A stretch of 63,470 nucleotides of DNA, filler included. It is 7 parts of 7 records of this genome, joined end to end, with 100 filler letters (N's around TTAATTAATTAA, not from the genome) between each part and the next. Parts side by side here need not be neighbours in the genome. Positions count along the whole stretch, not along the records: positions 22,565 to 33,048 come from DRR378314_1946; positions 33,149 to 38,291 come from DRR378314_1947; positions 38,392 to 43,463 come from DRR378314_1955; 4 more parts are not named here. One strand, 5' to 3'. The notes under the pieces are model-generated. The model ran no database searches and was not told the DNA's origin. It saw only the letters and a program-made list of their open reading frames with translations. Each line of letters begins with the position of its first letter. Within the stretch, counting starts at the first letter, position 1. This document shows positions 29,252 through 41,500 of this stretch, piece after piece. The translations under genes and the position numbers were made by a program.

Positions 29252-30125
29252 GTTCGATCTCCTCTTGAAACGCGTGGGCCAGCGCGATTGCACCATCTAA
29301 CGGATCGCCCAATGGTTTGGTCAGGTCCTGTTGCATGACTTCTGGTAAATACGCGGCATAATGTGGACCGATGCCGCCGGTCAGACAGATCGATTGACCG
29401 GGCACCCACCCCATCGCTTCCATTTGACCCGCCAGATAACGCGCACCGGCTTCCATGATCGAAACTGCAAGCTCATCCCCTCGCCCTGCTTGAAGCGTCA
29501 CGATGGGTGCCAGTGCACCAAAATCAGTTGGCGACATCCCGGACGCAGTTTTGACAACACCCGCAGCGTCACCAAAGCGTGACAACAGAACCTCTGCCAT
29601 CACAGACACCGGCCTTAGATCGTCAACACAATCGAGCGTGCGCGACAGAGCCAGCCGCCCGACCCATTGTGCCGAGGCCTGATCCCCAAGGACCGCCCCC
29701 CATCCGCCTGCAAAGATCCTCTGATCGCCCCGCTGTGCCGCCAGAAATGACCCCGTTCCACAATGCGCCACAAACCCGTCTTGCGACCCCAGCGCACCGC
29801 GCAAGGCGGCAGGCCTGTCATCTTCGATGCGAACATGATCAAACGGCAGCGAAGCCGCCAGACGATCTGCAATTTCTGATCCGGTAACTCCGGCCAATCC
29901 CAAATAGGCTGGCGCACGGGCGATCTGCACCGCATCCAATCCGCAATGTTCTGTCAAGCTGGCAATACCGCGATTCAACTCGGCGCAGGCCGCGTCGAAA
30001 TCGGTCGAGACATTCGCCGCCCCGACCTCAAGCTGTCGCGCGAGCGCGCCGCCAGAAACGGCAATACGGCATCGCGTACCGCCGCCATCAACAGCCACAA
30101 CAATGGTATCAGTGGAACGACTCAT
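29238..30125 (-). CDS. BadF/BadG/BcrA/BcrD-family N-acetylglucosamine (or MurNAc) kinase
   Basis: VDGGGTRCR, GLAG, DD..AL.GA, GTGS, GGWG..LGDQAS, LTGGIG. Confidence 0.88.
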   Translation of the reverse strand: MSRSTDTIVVAVDGGGTRCRIAVSGGALARQLEVGAANVSTDFDAACAELNRGIASLTEHCGLDAVQIARAPAYLGLAGVTGSEIADRLAASLPFDHVRIEDDRPAALRGALGSQDGFVAHCGTGSFLAAQRGDQRIFAGGWGAVLGDQASAQWVGRLALSRTLDCVDDLRPVSVMAEVLLSRFGDAAGVVKTASGMSPTDFGALAPIVTLQAGRGDELAVSIMEAGARYLAGQMEAMGWVPGQSICLTGGIGPHYAAYLPEVMQQDLTKPLGDPLDGAIALAHAFQEEIEHERC

Positions 30126-30129
30126 GAAG

Positions 30130-30256
30130 ATACCTTTATAATACCTATCTAAGATTTAGAAGAGCCAATTGTACGTAAATTTAAGAATATTCGCTCAATT
30201 ACTGAAATACACTGACATAAAAAGAAAATGGTAGACTAATGGTATCTAAAAGGTAT
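30130..30256. promoter_or_regulatory. Divergent promoter region with 11-bp-phased GGTA(T/G) direct repeats, candidate operators for the GntR/NagQ-like regulator
   Basis: ATACC at 30130 and 30141; GGTAG/GGTAT at 30230, 30241 and 30252; AT-rich intergenic region between the divergent operons. Confidence 0.55.
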
Positions 30257-30282
30257 GATATCTGAAATCGGGGGAGAATCAC

Positions 30283-31203
30283 GTGACAACGCCAGTAACG
30301 GAACAGCTACATCAGGAAGCGATCGGGCTTGATGCCCGCCCGTTGACCGAGGTTGCGGAGCTACTGGCCCAGTCACAATCCAAGGCGGCGGCCGCGCCTT
30401 TCGCCTCACTCCCCTCTATTTGCGCCGGCGCAAAGGAAATGGCGCAAACAATCCGCTCTGGTGGGGTTCTGCACTACCTCGCAGCAGGCTCGTCTGGTCT
30501 TATGGCGGCCTCGGACGCGCTAGAGCTTGGTGGGACGTTTTCGATACCGGCAAGCCAGATTCGCATTCACATGGCAGGCGGCTTGCCTTCCGGGGTCGAG
30601 ATGCCGGGCGATACGGAAGATGCCACCGGCACCCTTGCCCGCGATCTCGCTGATCTATCGCGCAAAGACACCCTGATCACCGTTTCCGCCAGTGGAAGCA
30701 CGCCCTACACGGTCGCCGCAGCCAGAATCGCGCGCGATAAAGGTGCGACGATCATCGGGATCGCAAACAATGACGGCACCGAGCTGCTACGGTTATCCGA
30801 CCACTCGATTTTGCTTGCCACTCCGCCCGAGCTGATTTCGGGCTCGACCCGCATGGGCGCAGGTACGGCGCAGAAAATCGCGCTGAACATGCTGTCCACG
30901 CTGATGGCGGTAGAGTTGGGGCATATTCAGGACGGCATGATGATCAACCTGCGTGCTGACAATGACAAACTGCGTGCCCGCGCCAACGGGATTGTTTGCC
31001 AACTGACACATGTGAGCCCCGAACAGGCTGCTTCAGCCCTGACTTCAGCAGGTGGAAACCTCAAATGCGCGGCTCTTTTGGCGGCAGGCGCCCAAACGCT
31101 GGAGCAGGCGCAGGCTCTGCTGCACGAAACCAACGATCACCTCCGCCCCGCAATGGAGCGGATTGAGAACAAAGAAACTATCAACCTGGGAGACACTAAA
31201 TGA
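30283..31203 (+). CDS. murQ: N-acetylmuramic acid 6-phosphate etherase
   Basis: AGSSGL..SDALELGGTF, GDTED, SASGSTPY, PELISGSTRMGAGTAQKIALNMLST, MINLRADNDKLRARA. Confidence 0.88.
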   Translation: MTTPVTEQLHQEAIGLDARPLTEVAELLAQSQSKAAAAPFASLPSICAGAKEMAQTIRSGGVLHYLAAGSSGLMAASDALELGGTFSIPASQIRIHMAGGLPSGVEMPGDTEDATGTLARDLADLSRKDTLITVSASGSTPYTVAAARIARDKGATIIGIANNDGTELLRLSDHSILLATPPELISGSTRMGAGTAQKIALNMLSTLMAVELGHIQDGMMINLRADNDKLRARANGIVCQLTHVSPEQAASALTSAGGNLKCAALLAAGAQTLEQAQALLHETNDHLRPAMERIENKETINLGDTK

Positions 31204-32450
31204 CACGCAAAGTTTTAAGCCTTGCTTTAATGAGCACGGCGCTAGTCACGAGCGCCTATGCGCAAGAAGCGACATTAACCATTGAAAGTTGGCGCAATGA
31301 CGATCTGACCCTGTGGCAGGATAAGATCATTCCAGCGTTCGAAGCCGAACATCCCGGCATCAAGGTGATTTTCTCACCCTCTGCCCCGGCAGAGTATAAC
31401 GCCGTGCTGAACTCCAAGCTTGAGGCCGGTTCGGCTGGCGATCTGATCACTTGCCGCCCGTTTGACGCCTCGCTCGCACTGTATGACGGGGGTCACTTGT
31501 CAGATCTGTCTGATCTTGAGGCCATGGGCAATTTCTCGGATGTTGCCAAATCTGCGTGGCAAACAGATGACGGCTCGGCCAGCTTCTGCGTCCCGATGGC
31601 GTCAGTGATCCACGGCTTCATTTACAACAAGGATGCCTTCAACGAGTTGGGGATCGAAGTCCCAAGCACCGAGGCCGAGTTTTTTGCCGCTTTGGACAAG
31701 ATCAAAGAAGATGGCACCTACATTCCAATGGCAATGGGCACCAACGACCAATGGGAAGCCGCCACCATGGGCTATAACAATATCGGCCCGAATTACTGGA
31801 AAGGTGAGGAAGGCCGTCAGGCGCTGATCAGGGGTGAACAGAAACTGACCGATCCTCAGTGGGTTGCACCCTATGCGACGCTGGCCAAATGGGCGGATTA
31901 TCTGGGTGACGGATACGAAGCACAGACATATCCCGACAGCCAAAACCTGTTCACGTTGGGCCGCGCAGCGATCTATCCGGCAGGTAGCTGGGAAATCGCA
32001 GGCTTCAACACGCAAGCCGACTTTGAGATGGGTGCCTTCAAGCCTCCGGTACAGAATGCCGGTGACACCTGCTATATCTCGGACCATACCGATATTGGCA
32101 TCGGCCTGAATGCTGCGAGTGAGAACCAAGAGGCGGCGCGCACCTTCCTGGCCTGGGTTGCAAGCCCGGAATTTGCCAGCATATTCGGCAACGCCGTTCC
32201 GGGTTTCTTCCCCCTTTCCAATGAACCGGTTGAGTTGGAAGATCCGCTTGCCAAGGAAATCGTCGGTTGGCGCGATGAGTGCGAAAGCACGATCCGCTCG
32301 ACCTATCAGATCCTGTCACGCGGGACGCCGAACCTTGAGAACGAAACCTGGGGCGCATCCGTTGCTGCCATCAAGGGTGCCGAGACACCCGAAGCACTAG
32401 GTCAGCAACTGCAGGACGGTCTGGCCACCTGGTATGCACCGCATCAGTAA
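31200..32450 (+). CDS. Carbohydrate ABC transporter substrate-binding protein
   Basis: Signal peptide ending AYA, IIPAFEAEHPGIKV, FIYNKDAF, F..GRAAIYPAGSWE; ATGA overlap with murQ. Confidence 0.92.
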   Translation: MTRKVLSLALMSTALVTSAYAQEATLTIESWRNDDLTLWQDKIIPAFEAEHPGIKVIFSPSAPAEYNAVLNSKLEAGSAGDLITCRPFDASLALYDGGHLSDLSDLEAMGNFSDVAKSAWQTDDGSASFCVPMASVIHGFIYNKDAFNELGIEVPSTEAEFFAALDKIKEDGTYIPMAMGTNDQWEAATMGYNNIGPNYWKGEEGRQALIRGEQKLTDPQWVAPYATLAKWADYLGDGYEAQTYPDSQNLFTLGRAAIYPAGSWEIAGFNTQADFEMGAFKPPVQNAGDTCYISDHTDIGIGLNAASENQEAARTFLAWVASPEFASIFGNAVPGFFPLSNEPVELEDPLAKEIVGWRDECESTIRSTYQILSRGTPNLENETWGASVAAIKGAETPEALGQQLQDGLATWYAPHQ

Positions 32451-32467
32451 CACCTAGGCCACTCACA

Positions 32468-32503
32468 CCGGACGCGGCCAATCGCGCCGCGTCCGGCACT
32501 TTT
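32468..32503 (+). terminator. Intercistronic stem-loop (partial terminator or mRNA stabiliser) after the SBP gene
   Basis: CCGGACGCGGC-N7-GCCGCGTCCGG perfect 11-bp stem followed by CACTTTT. Confidence 0.6.
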
Positions 32504-32517
32504 CCCCGGAGATTCCC

Positions 32518-33048
32518 ATGCAAACCCGCCGCATCCGCTGGCACATCGCCGTTTTCCTCGCCCCTGCGGTGCTGGTCTACACGGCGGTGATGATCTTCCC
32601 CTTGTTCAACACGCTGCGCCTCGCATTGTTCAACGAGGTCGATCAAACACGCGTTTATGTCGGGTTGCAAAATTTCCGCACCCTGTTTTTCGATCCGATC
32701 TGGTCCGAGCAGTTCTGGAACGCTTTGGGCAACAACTTCTGGTTCTTCCTGGTCCACATGCTGGTACAGAACCCGATTGGTGTTGCGCTTGCGGCGATCC
32801 TGTCGCATCCTCGCCTGCGCTTTGCTGCGCTCTATCGGTCGGCGATCTTCATCCCTACGATCCTAAGTTTCGTGATCGTGGGATTTGCCTGGAAACTGAT
32901 CCTGTCGCCACTGTGGGGTATCGCTCCCTCGATGCTGGATGCCGTTGGTCTGAAGTCGCTGTTTGCACCTTGGCTGGGCAAGGAAGAATACGCGCTGACG
33001 ACACTGGCGCTTGTCTCGGTCTGGCAGTTCGTCGGCATCCCGATGATG
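32518..33048 (+). CDS. Carbohydrate ABC transporter permease (3' truncated)
   Basis: FLAPAVLVY, VGLQNF, YRSAIFIPTILS, VWQFVGIPM; runs into the linker. Confidence 0.92.
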
Positions 33049-33148
33049 NNNNNNNNNNNNNNNNNNNNNNNNNNNNNNNNNNNNNNNNNNNNTTAATTAA
33101 TTAANNNNNNNNNNNNNNNNNNNNNNNNNNNNNNNNNNNNNNNNNNNN
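33049..33148. other. Artificial contig linker
   Basis: N44-TTAATTAATTAA-N44. Confidence 0.98.
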
Positions 33149-33586
33149 TGGTTCTCTGAGAACTTCTGGGATTTTCCAAGCGACGCGTGATTACAGTTCG
33201 CCTCCCTTCCTGTTCGCTTCCTTGTGATCGTATGGGGCCCCAAAGGGTTGAAGGTACAAGTTGTTTATTAAGCGGCGTCACCGATTCGTTTGGCGGGGGT
33301 GATGTGATGTTATGTCTCGGTATTGGAGTTCGGCCTCGTCGTGCCAGAGGTGCTGCGCAAGTGGCTCGTTTGCAGCGGAATGGCGCATCCGTTTGCTGTT
33401 CCAGCTATCGTGAGGAAGTTGGTGTGGGTCATGGAAGTACTGGAGAAGCGAAAATTCCGCAATATTGGGCACATTTGGACAAATTTTGTGCCCTGCACGC
33501 GGCCAGAGTACGTTTGCTGGTTCGCCTTGCGCTCACGAACGCGATTCCAACCGTGCTACTGCATTGTCGGAGGAATAGATACGCAG

Positions 33587-35405
33587 GGCTGGAGCAATCG
33601 TTTGTCGTCAACGTTTTGAGCAATGTGGTGCTTCTCCAGGCGCTTACTGAGGAAGTTGTCGTGCGCCGAGTTGTCGCCATATCGTCGGAAATCCACCGCC
33701 TCCATAACGACGCAAACGTGCGTTTATTGCTCGAGACAAAGCGAATGCCGCACGTTACGCTGGTCTCTCCTTGTACGGTACTTGTCCTACGCGTGTACCT
33801 TGTGCTATTTCGTGGGATGCGCTGTGTTTCCGTGGAATACTAAGGCCTTGAGTTTAGCGGCTTGGTGCGTCCAAGATCTTGATCACCAGGTTCTCTTTCG
33901 TTGAGCGCAGCGCGTTGGTGGTGGGCTGCGGAAGTGCCGCGCGAGAATGCTGGCCGTGCGCTGGCGAAAGGATGTGCAAGCGCCAGCATCCGCGCAGCCC
34001 ATCAGGGTTTCCTTGTTCCCAGTTTCTCCACGGAGAAGCTGCTTGCGCGAATATACGAATTGCATGGCAAGTGTATACTCACATGGCAAGGTGCTCGGTA
34101 TCGGTGTGCTGCTTTGCGTAGATCATGGGCGAGTACCGCTCCTTTCACGGCGCTGCTGCACTGGAAGAGTACGCAGCTTCCAAGGTTCGTCTCGCGTACA
34201 ATTGTGCCGCGAATCGCTCAGGAAACGCGACGTGCACGCTCGGAAACATAACGGCGCGGCGCGCTCCGTTGTGCTCTAGATTGACTCATTTTCCGTTGAA
34301 TCTGGTTTCAAAAGGTTGTATCAAAGGGTGTCCGCTGAAACGATTGCGTTCCTGATGATGTTCATTTTTATTCGACATAGGATGTGCTTCGCATTGTTTC
34401 AGCTGCGCTGCATTCTGCTGTTCAGTTAACCGGGCGCGGGCAAGCGAGGACGCCCAATCTCCTTCGCCTCTTTCTGCGCGATGTTTATGTCTGATAGGGT
34501 TTCCATGCCGGGATTCTTCGGGATAGAGATATTTCGCTGCTTGATGTACTTTTTTTTGCATGGAGACGCCGCGCGTGCGGCGCCACTGCTTCTTGTTGTT
34601 TTGGTCGCTTTTTTGGCGAATGGAGCGGTCTCCTGGCAGCCTCGATTGGTAGTGCCCGGTAGTAATTCTCCACCCTACCCTGCCGTTGCGTTTGGATTTG
34701 TATAGCCCGCAATGGCTGTAAGCGAGCTCTGGCAGCTCACTTGCGACTAGTTTTGCTTTTTCTTCAAACGATCTTCTCCTGGGGATTGCATTTGAATATG
34801 CAGTTCTTTCTTAATGCCTACATGCACGAATTCGCGCGGCATTTTCCAAGTATCGAGGTACGTCAAGTAGCTACACGAGGAGTGTCTCGCGGAAGCTAAT
34901 CCAAGGAGCTCAGCACTGCCGTTTCCACTGGACCTGTCCAATCGAACCCCTTCCTTCATGAGGCTGGCATTTCAATATGAATATTGTTCTTGCGCAGTGT
35001 TGCTGGTTCGTCCGATGATGGGACTCGTGCAAGCAGTCGTTCCTGTCCTCGGTCGGCCATACTATGAACGCTAACCACGGGATTCGCTTCGTCTTTCGTT
35101 TCTGGTACTGAGCGGTCAGTTGTCGCACATGCCATGAGATCCTGCTGCGAATACCGGCGCGAGCGGTTTTCGGAAGTGATTTGCAACGTTTTTGTTATGC
35201 CTTTACTTGTAAGTGCCCAAAATGTTGTTGAACTTTACCTATGATGGGTCTGAGACTTGGATGCGGTTTTGTGCAATGCTGTCGAGTGTGCAGGTGTGTG
35301 GGATGTGCCCTGGTCCAGTCGCGACGTCGATCGGGCGCGACGCGCCGCCGCTTGTGCGCCCGTTTGTCGAATGGGTCATGCGGCAGCGTTACCTGTTCAA
35401 GCCTG
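33587..35405 (+). CDS. Short-chain dehydrogenase/reductase (retinol-DH/WWOX-like), internal exons; ends unresolved
   Basis: Exons GLEQSFVVNVLSNVVLLQAL..RRVVAISSEIHRL (from 33587), catalytic LEEYAASK (YxxxK, 34122-34184) and VCGMCPGPVATSIGR (from ~35294). Confidence 0.7.
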
Positions 35406-36678
35406 GTAAGCTCCGTTGGGGTCTCGGCGAATTCGTATTACAATATTTCTCTATCTGAACATGTGTACTGTGAGCTCCCACTTGTGGGTGAAAGACATAC
35501 GGGCTTCGCGGCCGTGCTGTTCACGCCGCGCTTCTGTTTTGCCGGTCAATTTTCGTCGATATTGTTTCTCATGGCCAAAGCCTGAACGAGTATTGACTGC
35601 GACTTGTGGATTTTTCTTTCCTCGTTTCCTGCAGCATTTCAAGGCGCTTTGCCGGTGGTCAGACTTATTCGGGACACGGCTTCCGAGCTGGGTGTTGTAA
35701 TGGTATGTCAGAGCGCCAGGGCACGAGATCGGTGCGTGCGACGTGCCAGGAGTTTGCGCAAAGTACTTGGATCGGCACCCTCGGGTGTGCCGGGGAGCTA
35801 TACGATTGTTCGTTTCTCACGCTCACCATGCAGTCTTTGTCGTCCCCCAATCCCCCTACGGAACGCTACCCAGCTGGTCTCTTGCTTCGGCGCAGTGCGG
35901 GTACTCTGGCCACACATCATGATGGCACGCAGCCTCGCTGTCCCGCACACTCCTTGGCGGAGTGGCTGCATGTGCGTGCGGCCTCCGCCGCACACAAGGA
36001 AGCTTTCGGCGCTCACGCGGCAGCGTTCCCCGCGATCACGCGACTGTAGTACGTTGACCGGCATTATGTGTGTGACTCCATGTAATCCTTGGCCAATGGG
36101 GTATGTTATGTTGCGATTTATGCAGGGACGGGCGTCGTATTTCTTCATGTTTGCACATGTGCCTGACGATTCTCGGTGCAGTCGCACCGCTGTTGGAGGT
36201 ACGCGGCCGATGTTGATTCGCACAACCTGTGCTGGCGCTGCCAGTGAATGAAGGTCCTTGCGACATCCTGGCGGAGGGCGATTCCTCACCTGTGCCGGCG
36301 GTGTTGTGTGTGTGTGTGTCGCTGGCATGCGGCTGCTGCGTACGCAGGGGCGGTCTGGCGATTGAGTGCAGAGCTCATCTTGACGTGCCTGGCGCAGTAG
36401 CTCGGCGCTGGTGCTGCCGGCGGTGCGACGTGCCGAAGTCGGGCTTCGCGGCGAGCCAAACGAGCTCAATGGTTACGGTGAACCATGCGAGTTGCGTGTG
36501 CGGAGGAATGCAGCGGGAAATTTGCCACAGAAGCCCATACGCACTGCACTTTTCTTGCTGCGGTCAGGTCTGGAGAGCGGGCGATGTTCACATCATACAC
36601 TTGAGACCATGAGCGCATCACGCATTGAACTGCAGCGGTATTCGCGAGGAACAATACATGAGCGTTCGCGACTGGCGC

Positions 36679-38074
36679 CTAAAACTCCGCCTGCGTGCGA
36701 TTGTCGCGGGCCAGCAGCTGCTTTTCAACACTGTTTGCAAGTACATACGAGCGGAACGAGAGACCTTTTGTCTTTTCGATGATATCCTGGTACATGCTCT
36801 GTGCAGGAGTGCCCATGACGACTGCACGAAAAAGCACCAAACACGTACAGGGCGAGCGAAAAAGAGAAGACGTCAGGATACCGACTGCTGCTGGGGCAGG
36901 GCAGACGGCGGCAGCGCGAACGTGCGCTGCGCATTCAGTGCAAGGGCGCAGAGCCAGAAAAATAATAAATTATAGATACATCTCGCTCTACCGGCGTGCG
37001 CCCTGCAGGCGACGGGGAAATACACGCAAGGCGGCAGCGTCGGAACGGACCCGTGTTTGCCTTGGAATCGATTTTGGCATCCAGCCGTGCGCTACGGATG
37101 AGGTTGACAATCCACCGCTCCGCACCGTCGCGGTCCATGTTGAGCTTCTCCGCCAGCATTCTGAGCACAGAAAAAAAAAAAGAAGGGAGGCGGGGCGCGC
37201 GTGCCAAGGGTATCAGAAAGGAATGTAAGGCGATTTTTGCGGCCCCTCTTGGGCAGCGGCTCTCAAACAAATCAGCGCGGCAACAGGCGAGAAACAGCCA
37301 CGCATTGCGCCAGCAAGCCGAGAGCAACCGCCGTGTTCTCGTGATGATGCGCGCGGGGCACTTTGTTTCCACGCTGTACGGAGGATGTGCGGTAGAGCTT
37401 CGCATTGCTTTTCTCGGCACACACAATGGGCGGGTATGGAGGCGGCAAGGCGCGCCGCTCTGTTGCTCTCGTCGCCAAGCTCAGATGCGCACTGCACATA
37501 CCCGATGTCGATGCAATGGTGAATACGGCAGTAGATCTCGAAAATGAGAAGGCGTGCGTTTTCGATAAACTCGTCGCGGCATGCGACAAGGAAGAAGTCG
37601 TTTGCAAGAAGCTCTTCGCATTCGCGCAGTTTGATCTAAAGCGAACATGGGACATGCGAGCACGGCGCGGATAAGGCAAAGGGAAGGAGAGCAGAATCGC
37701 AGAAAAGCACGCAGAAAACTAGGCCAGCGCGCACGCAGCGAACCGCAAACACAAACGTAGAGACAGCTCGATACACCCTCCCGATGGTCAGAAATGGCAG
37801 CAACACCGGGCGCAGCATCGCTTGCCAGCATAGGTGACGCGCAAACCGCTTGTCTGGAGTGCCGAAATGCCAGCGTACCTGGGCAGCATCAAAGTCGAAA
37901 TTGATGTACAGGCACTCGACGAACTCCGTAATTGGGTCCTTGTAGCTAAATTTCTCCTGCTCGATAACGCTGACGAGATCACGCATGAGATTTCTGCGGC
38001 GCTTGTTGGTGATCACTGCGGTAGTAAGGTAGCGCAGCAGATGCGGGCTCTGCGTCTGCAGTGCATTTAGATAC
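36679..38074 (-). CDS. EIF3E: Eukaryotic translation initiation factor 3 subunit E, 3' exons (5' truncated)
   Basis: [43 protein letters not shown] | [32 protein letters not shown] | MLAEKLNM...[20 protein letters not shown] | [20 protein letters not shown]; stop at 36679. Confidence 0.95.
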
Positions 38075-38291
38075 CTACATTGAAGCACGGCATCGAAAGT
38101 ACGAAGGCGAGTGGGGTTAGAAAAGATCCGCCGCAGTACGCCGCGCGCTCCCGACGTGCGACGGAAGCAGGAAAAGGAGGCGAGCTGTCACCATCTCAGT
38201 GTGTGCGAGGTGCGCGACGATACATCGCGCGGCTCACTGCTACCTCTTCTGTCTACACCACCATGCAGTGCTGCACGTTGCGCCGTCACGG

Positions 38292-38391
38292 NNNNNNNNN
38301 NNNNNNNNNNNNNNNNNNNNNNNNNNNNNNNNNNNTTAATTAATTAANNNNNNNNNNNNNNNNNNNNNNNNNNNNNNNNNNNNNNNNNNNN
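38292..38391. other. Artificial contig linker
   Basis: N44-TTAATTAATTAA-N44. Confidence 0.98.
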
Positions 38392-38511
38392 TGTTGTTGT
38401 TGTTGTTGTTGTTGTTTTCTTCTGTGAGGACCCGTCGCTGTTGCACGTATGCAGTTTTGCCAAACTTTGCTGCGAGCATCGAATGCGTTTGTGCGTGCTT
38501 GCGCGATGCAG

Positions 38512-41500
38512 GGCCAAGAGTATCATGAACAAAGCGACGGTGAACGAGGACGAGAACACAAAGATTGTCAATGATCTGCGACGTGAAATTGATGCCCTCA
38601 AGGTATGAGCTGCAAAATACGAAGCTGTTTGTCGTGTGCTGTTCGCCATTCGTGCTTCGTTGAACTTCTGAAGCAGAGTCGTTTCTCTATGCCCGAGAGC
38701 CGCTGAGCTGCGCGGAGCTGACTGCGCGCCGATGCGGCTCTTTTTTTCTTCTTCCCTTTTTATGCAGAAAAAACTCGGTACATCGGAGGGCTCCGAGGTG
38801 TCCAAGCTGCGCGCGACGCTGATGGAAAAGGAGCGGCTGATCAACGACCTGCAAATGACGCTGGAAGACAAAGTGGCGATGACAATGAATCAGCAGGCGC
38901 AGCGTGAAGCTCTTCTGCAGGTTTGTTTTCACGTCGCTCTGATTCTGTTAGCGGGATCTCAGCGCGCTTGTGTTTGCCGGGTGTCGTGTGGTGCCCGTTG
39001 CATCGTGCTGCTTCGGCTGGCGCCACACGGGAAGTCGAGGCGCGCGTCGGTGCCGATGCTGCGGCTCTTTTTTTTTGTACATGACATCTCGTTCACCGAT
39101 GCGAGAAATACTGATTGCTCGTCGGAGGGATGCTGTGTTTCTGCGGTGACGCCCATGTGTCGACGAAGCCCTGAAACGCTTGTACGTTCCGGCTGTTGGC
39201 GGATTCCAGAAAATGGGACTTCTTTCCGCCACTGCGGACAAGACGAAGCCGCATCTTGTAAATTTGCACGAGGATCCGTTCATGACGGGGACGATTCTGT
39301 ACTACGTCAAAGATGGGGTACGTGCGAATGCGGTGGCGCATGAAGGTAGTTGCAACGTATTGCGTGTCCACTCGGTCATTGCGGGAATGCCGCGCGCATT
39401 ACAGCAGCTTGCGGTAGGAACAAGCAGCACGTGGTGGCGTGTGGTTGTCGTTGGCGGCGCGTTGTGCGCTGGCGATCCGCTGTTTGCATTGCTTGCGCGA
39501 GTTGCCCGACGATGGGATGGTTTCGCGGCGCGGGTGCGTACAGCCGCCGCTTTCAACAATGTAGTTTTCGCTGCGGGGGCCCGTGCTTTGCGGGCACGCG
39601 AAGGTCGACGAAGGAACGGAAATTTGAGCCTTGGGGCGTGGAGCGTTTATGGCTGCTGCTCACCTGGTTCTATCGGTGTTGCTCCCTCTGGCTCGGTTTG
39701 TGGCGCAGCGGACAACGATTGGCGCTGCAGACGGCCAAGACTTGCGTATGCAGGGTCTCGGCATGGAAAAGAACCACGCCATTCTGGAGAACAAGGTACG
39801 GCACGTAGCCACGATTGATGGTGAGGGTGCTTGTCGGAGCGCTGCGACTCTTCTTGCGATGCATGTTGCGCACAGTCTGCTCCGTGAAGGGGGTTTTGAC
39901 GCAGTGCTCTCATGCTCGTATACCGCTTGCAAGACTGTAAAACCGGAATTGCTGCGCTGACCCTCGTTGTAGTCTGTGGAGGGTGGGCGTGCTAGTCCTG
40001 CCGCTACATCCGGCCAGCGTTTTGCTAAACTATTTTTTTTTGTCTGATGCGTCTTTTGTGTGCGTGTTGCTGCGTTCTACGCCTTTGTGGGGGGTTCTTG
40101 TGTATAGGGCGGCAAGATCATTGTGTCGCCGATGACAAAGCGCTCGCGCGTATTCGTGAATGGAAAGCTTGTCAAGGACAAGGCCGAGCTGCTGCACGGA
40201 GACCGCGTCATCTTTGGCAACAATCAGGTCTTTAAGCTGAGCAACTTTAAGCGCGGCAAAACGCGGCTGATGCGATGTAAGTTAAGCTGGCGTGGGAGCA
40301 TGCTGTGGCATTCGTGTGCTGTTTCTTTTCTTTTCTTTTTCTTTCCTTTCTTTCTATTCCAACCCCGTGCCAAGTGTTGCTGCTTTCTTGCTTTACGTTG
40401 GCCGTACAGTGTACAGCTTACTACGATTGGCGTGCCCTGTACCGTTTTGGCAGCAAGCCTCGCGCTGATGATGGCCCTCTGTTTGTACTTCTCCTCTTGC
40501 AGTGTACGATGCCACAAACTCTACGCGCTCGATGGATCCCGAGGAGCAGCTGAATTTCGTCGACTACGCGTACGCAATGAAGGAGCTGAATAGCGAGCTG
40601 ATGAAAAACCTGATGTCTGCAGACTCGGAAGCTGCATCGAAGCTGAAGGAGACACAAAAGAAAATCGAGACTATGGAAGGCAAGATCGAAGCGGAGCGCA
40701 AGCAGGTACGCTGTTGGCTCGGGTACGCACTGGCGTGCGACTGGGAGGGACTTGCGAGCGAGTGCATGGATTCGCACGCCTGCTGTGCGCACCAGTCTTC
40801 GTTCGAGCGTTCCGGGTGCCTGTCAGCGGGAGGACTCGTACGGAGGCGCATGTGAGAGTCGGGGAGCCTTTGTACGCAGTTGCAAATGGATGTGGCCGTA
40901 TTACTCTGGCGACTTCTCAAGGATTGTCCTGCTCTGGGCGGCTGCGGCTACCTTTGTTTGTAGGCGGAGAAGCGCTTGGCCGACCAGCAGGCTGAGTTCG
41001 AGCGAAAGATCCGCGAGCTCGAGGAGGAGCGCGAAGAGGCGCGCAAAGGGAAGAAGAAAGGGACGCGTGATCGCATTCAGCAGCTCGAAGATCGGTTAAC
41101 CAAGGTACTGGGTGGGTATACCAGTTGAGGAGGCCGCGCTGTCGAGATGCGCGATGGGGCGTCGCCTTGCGCGTTGCGCGTGGCGCTCATTGCTTCAATA
41201 GGCAGGCGCGGTTGCTGCGACGGCTTCGTGTGCATGTGTGCAGCCTTCTGGCCCCATGTCTTTGCGATATGATGGCTCGTTGCTAGGTTTGGTAAACGTT
41301 GCTCATTCCTTGTTAACCTCGAGCTGTGGCATGGCATGCACAGTTCCTGGTACGTGGCTGGCAGCTACACGTTCTCGTTTATTCTGCCGTTGGCATGGCC
41401 ACCGTATGTGATTTCGCCTCCTCTTTAACCTTGGCTGATGCCGTGCGTTGTGCTGCGGAAGATGCGTGAGGAGAAGAAGAAACGTCTTTCGCAAAGGCGC

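Noticed and set aside
22565..33048. Horizontal transfer of a bacterial nag cluster into the eukaryote
   Set aside because: The block is bounded by linkers, truncated mid-gene at both ends, intronless and operonic, so there is no evidence of physical linkage.
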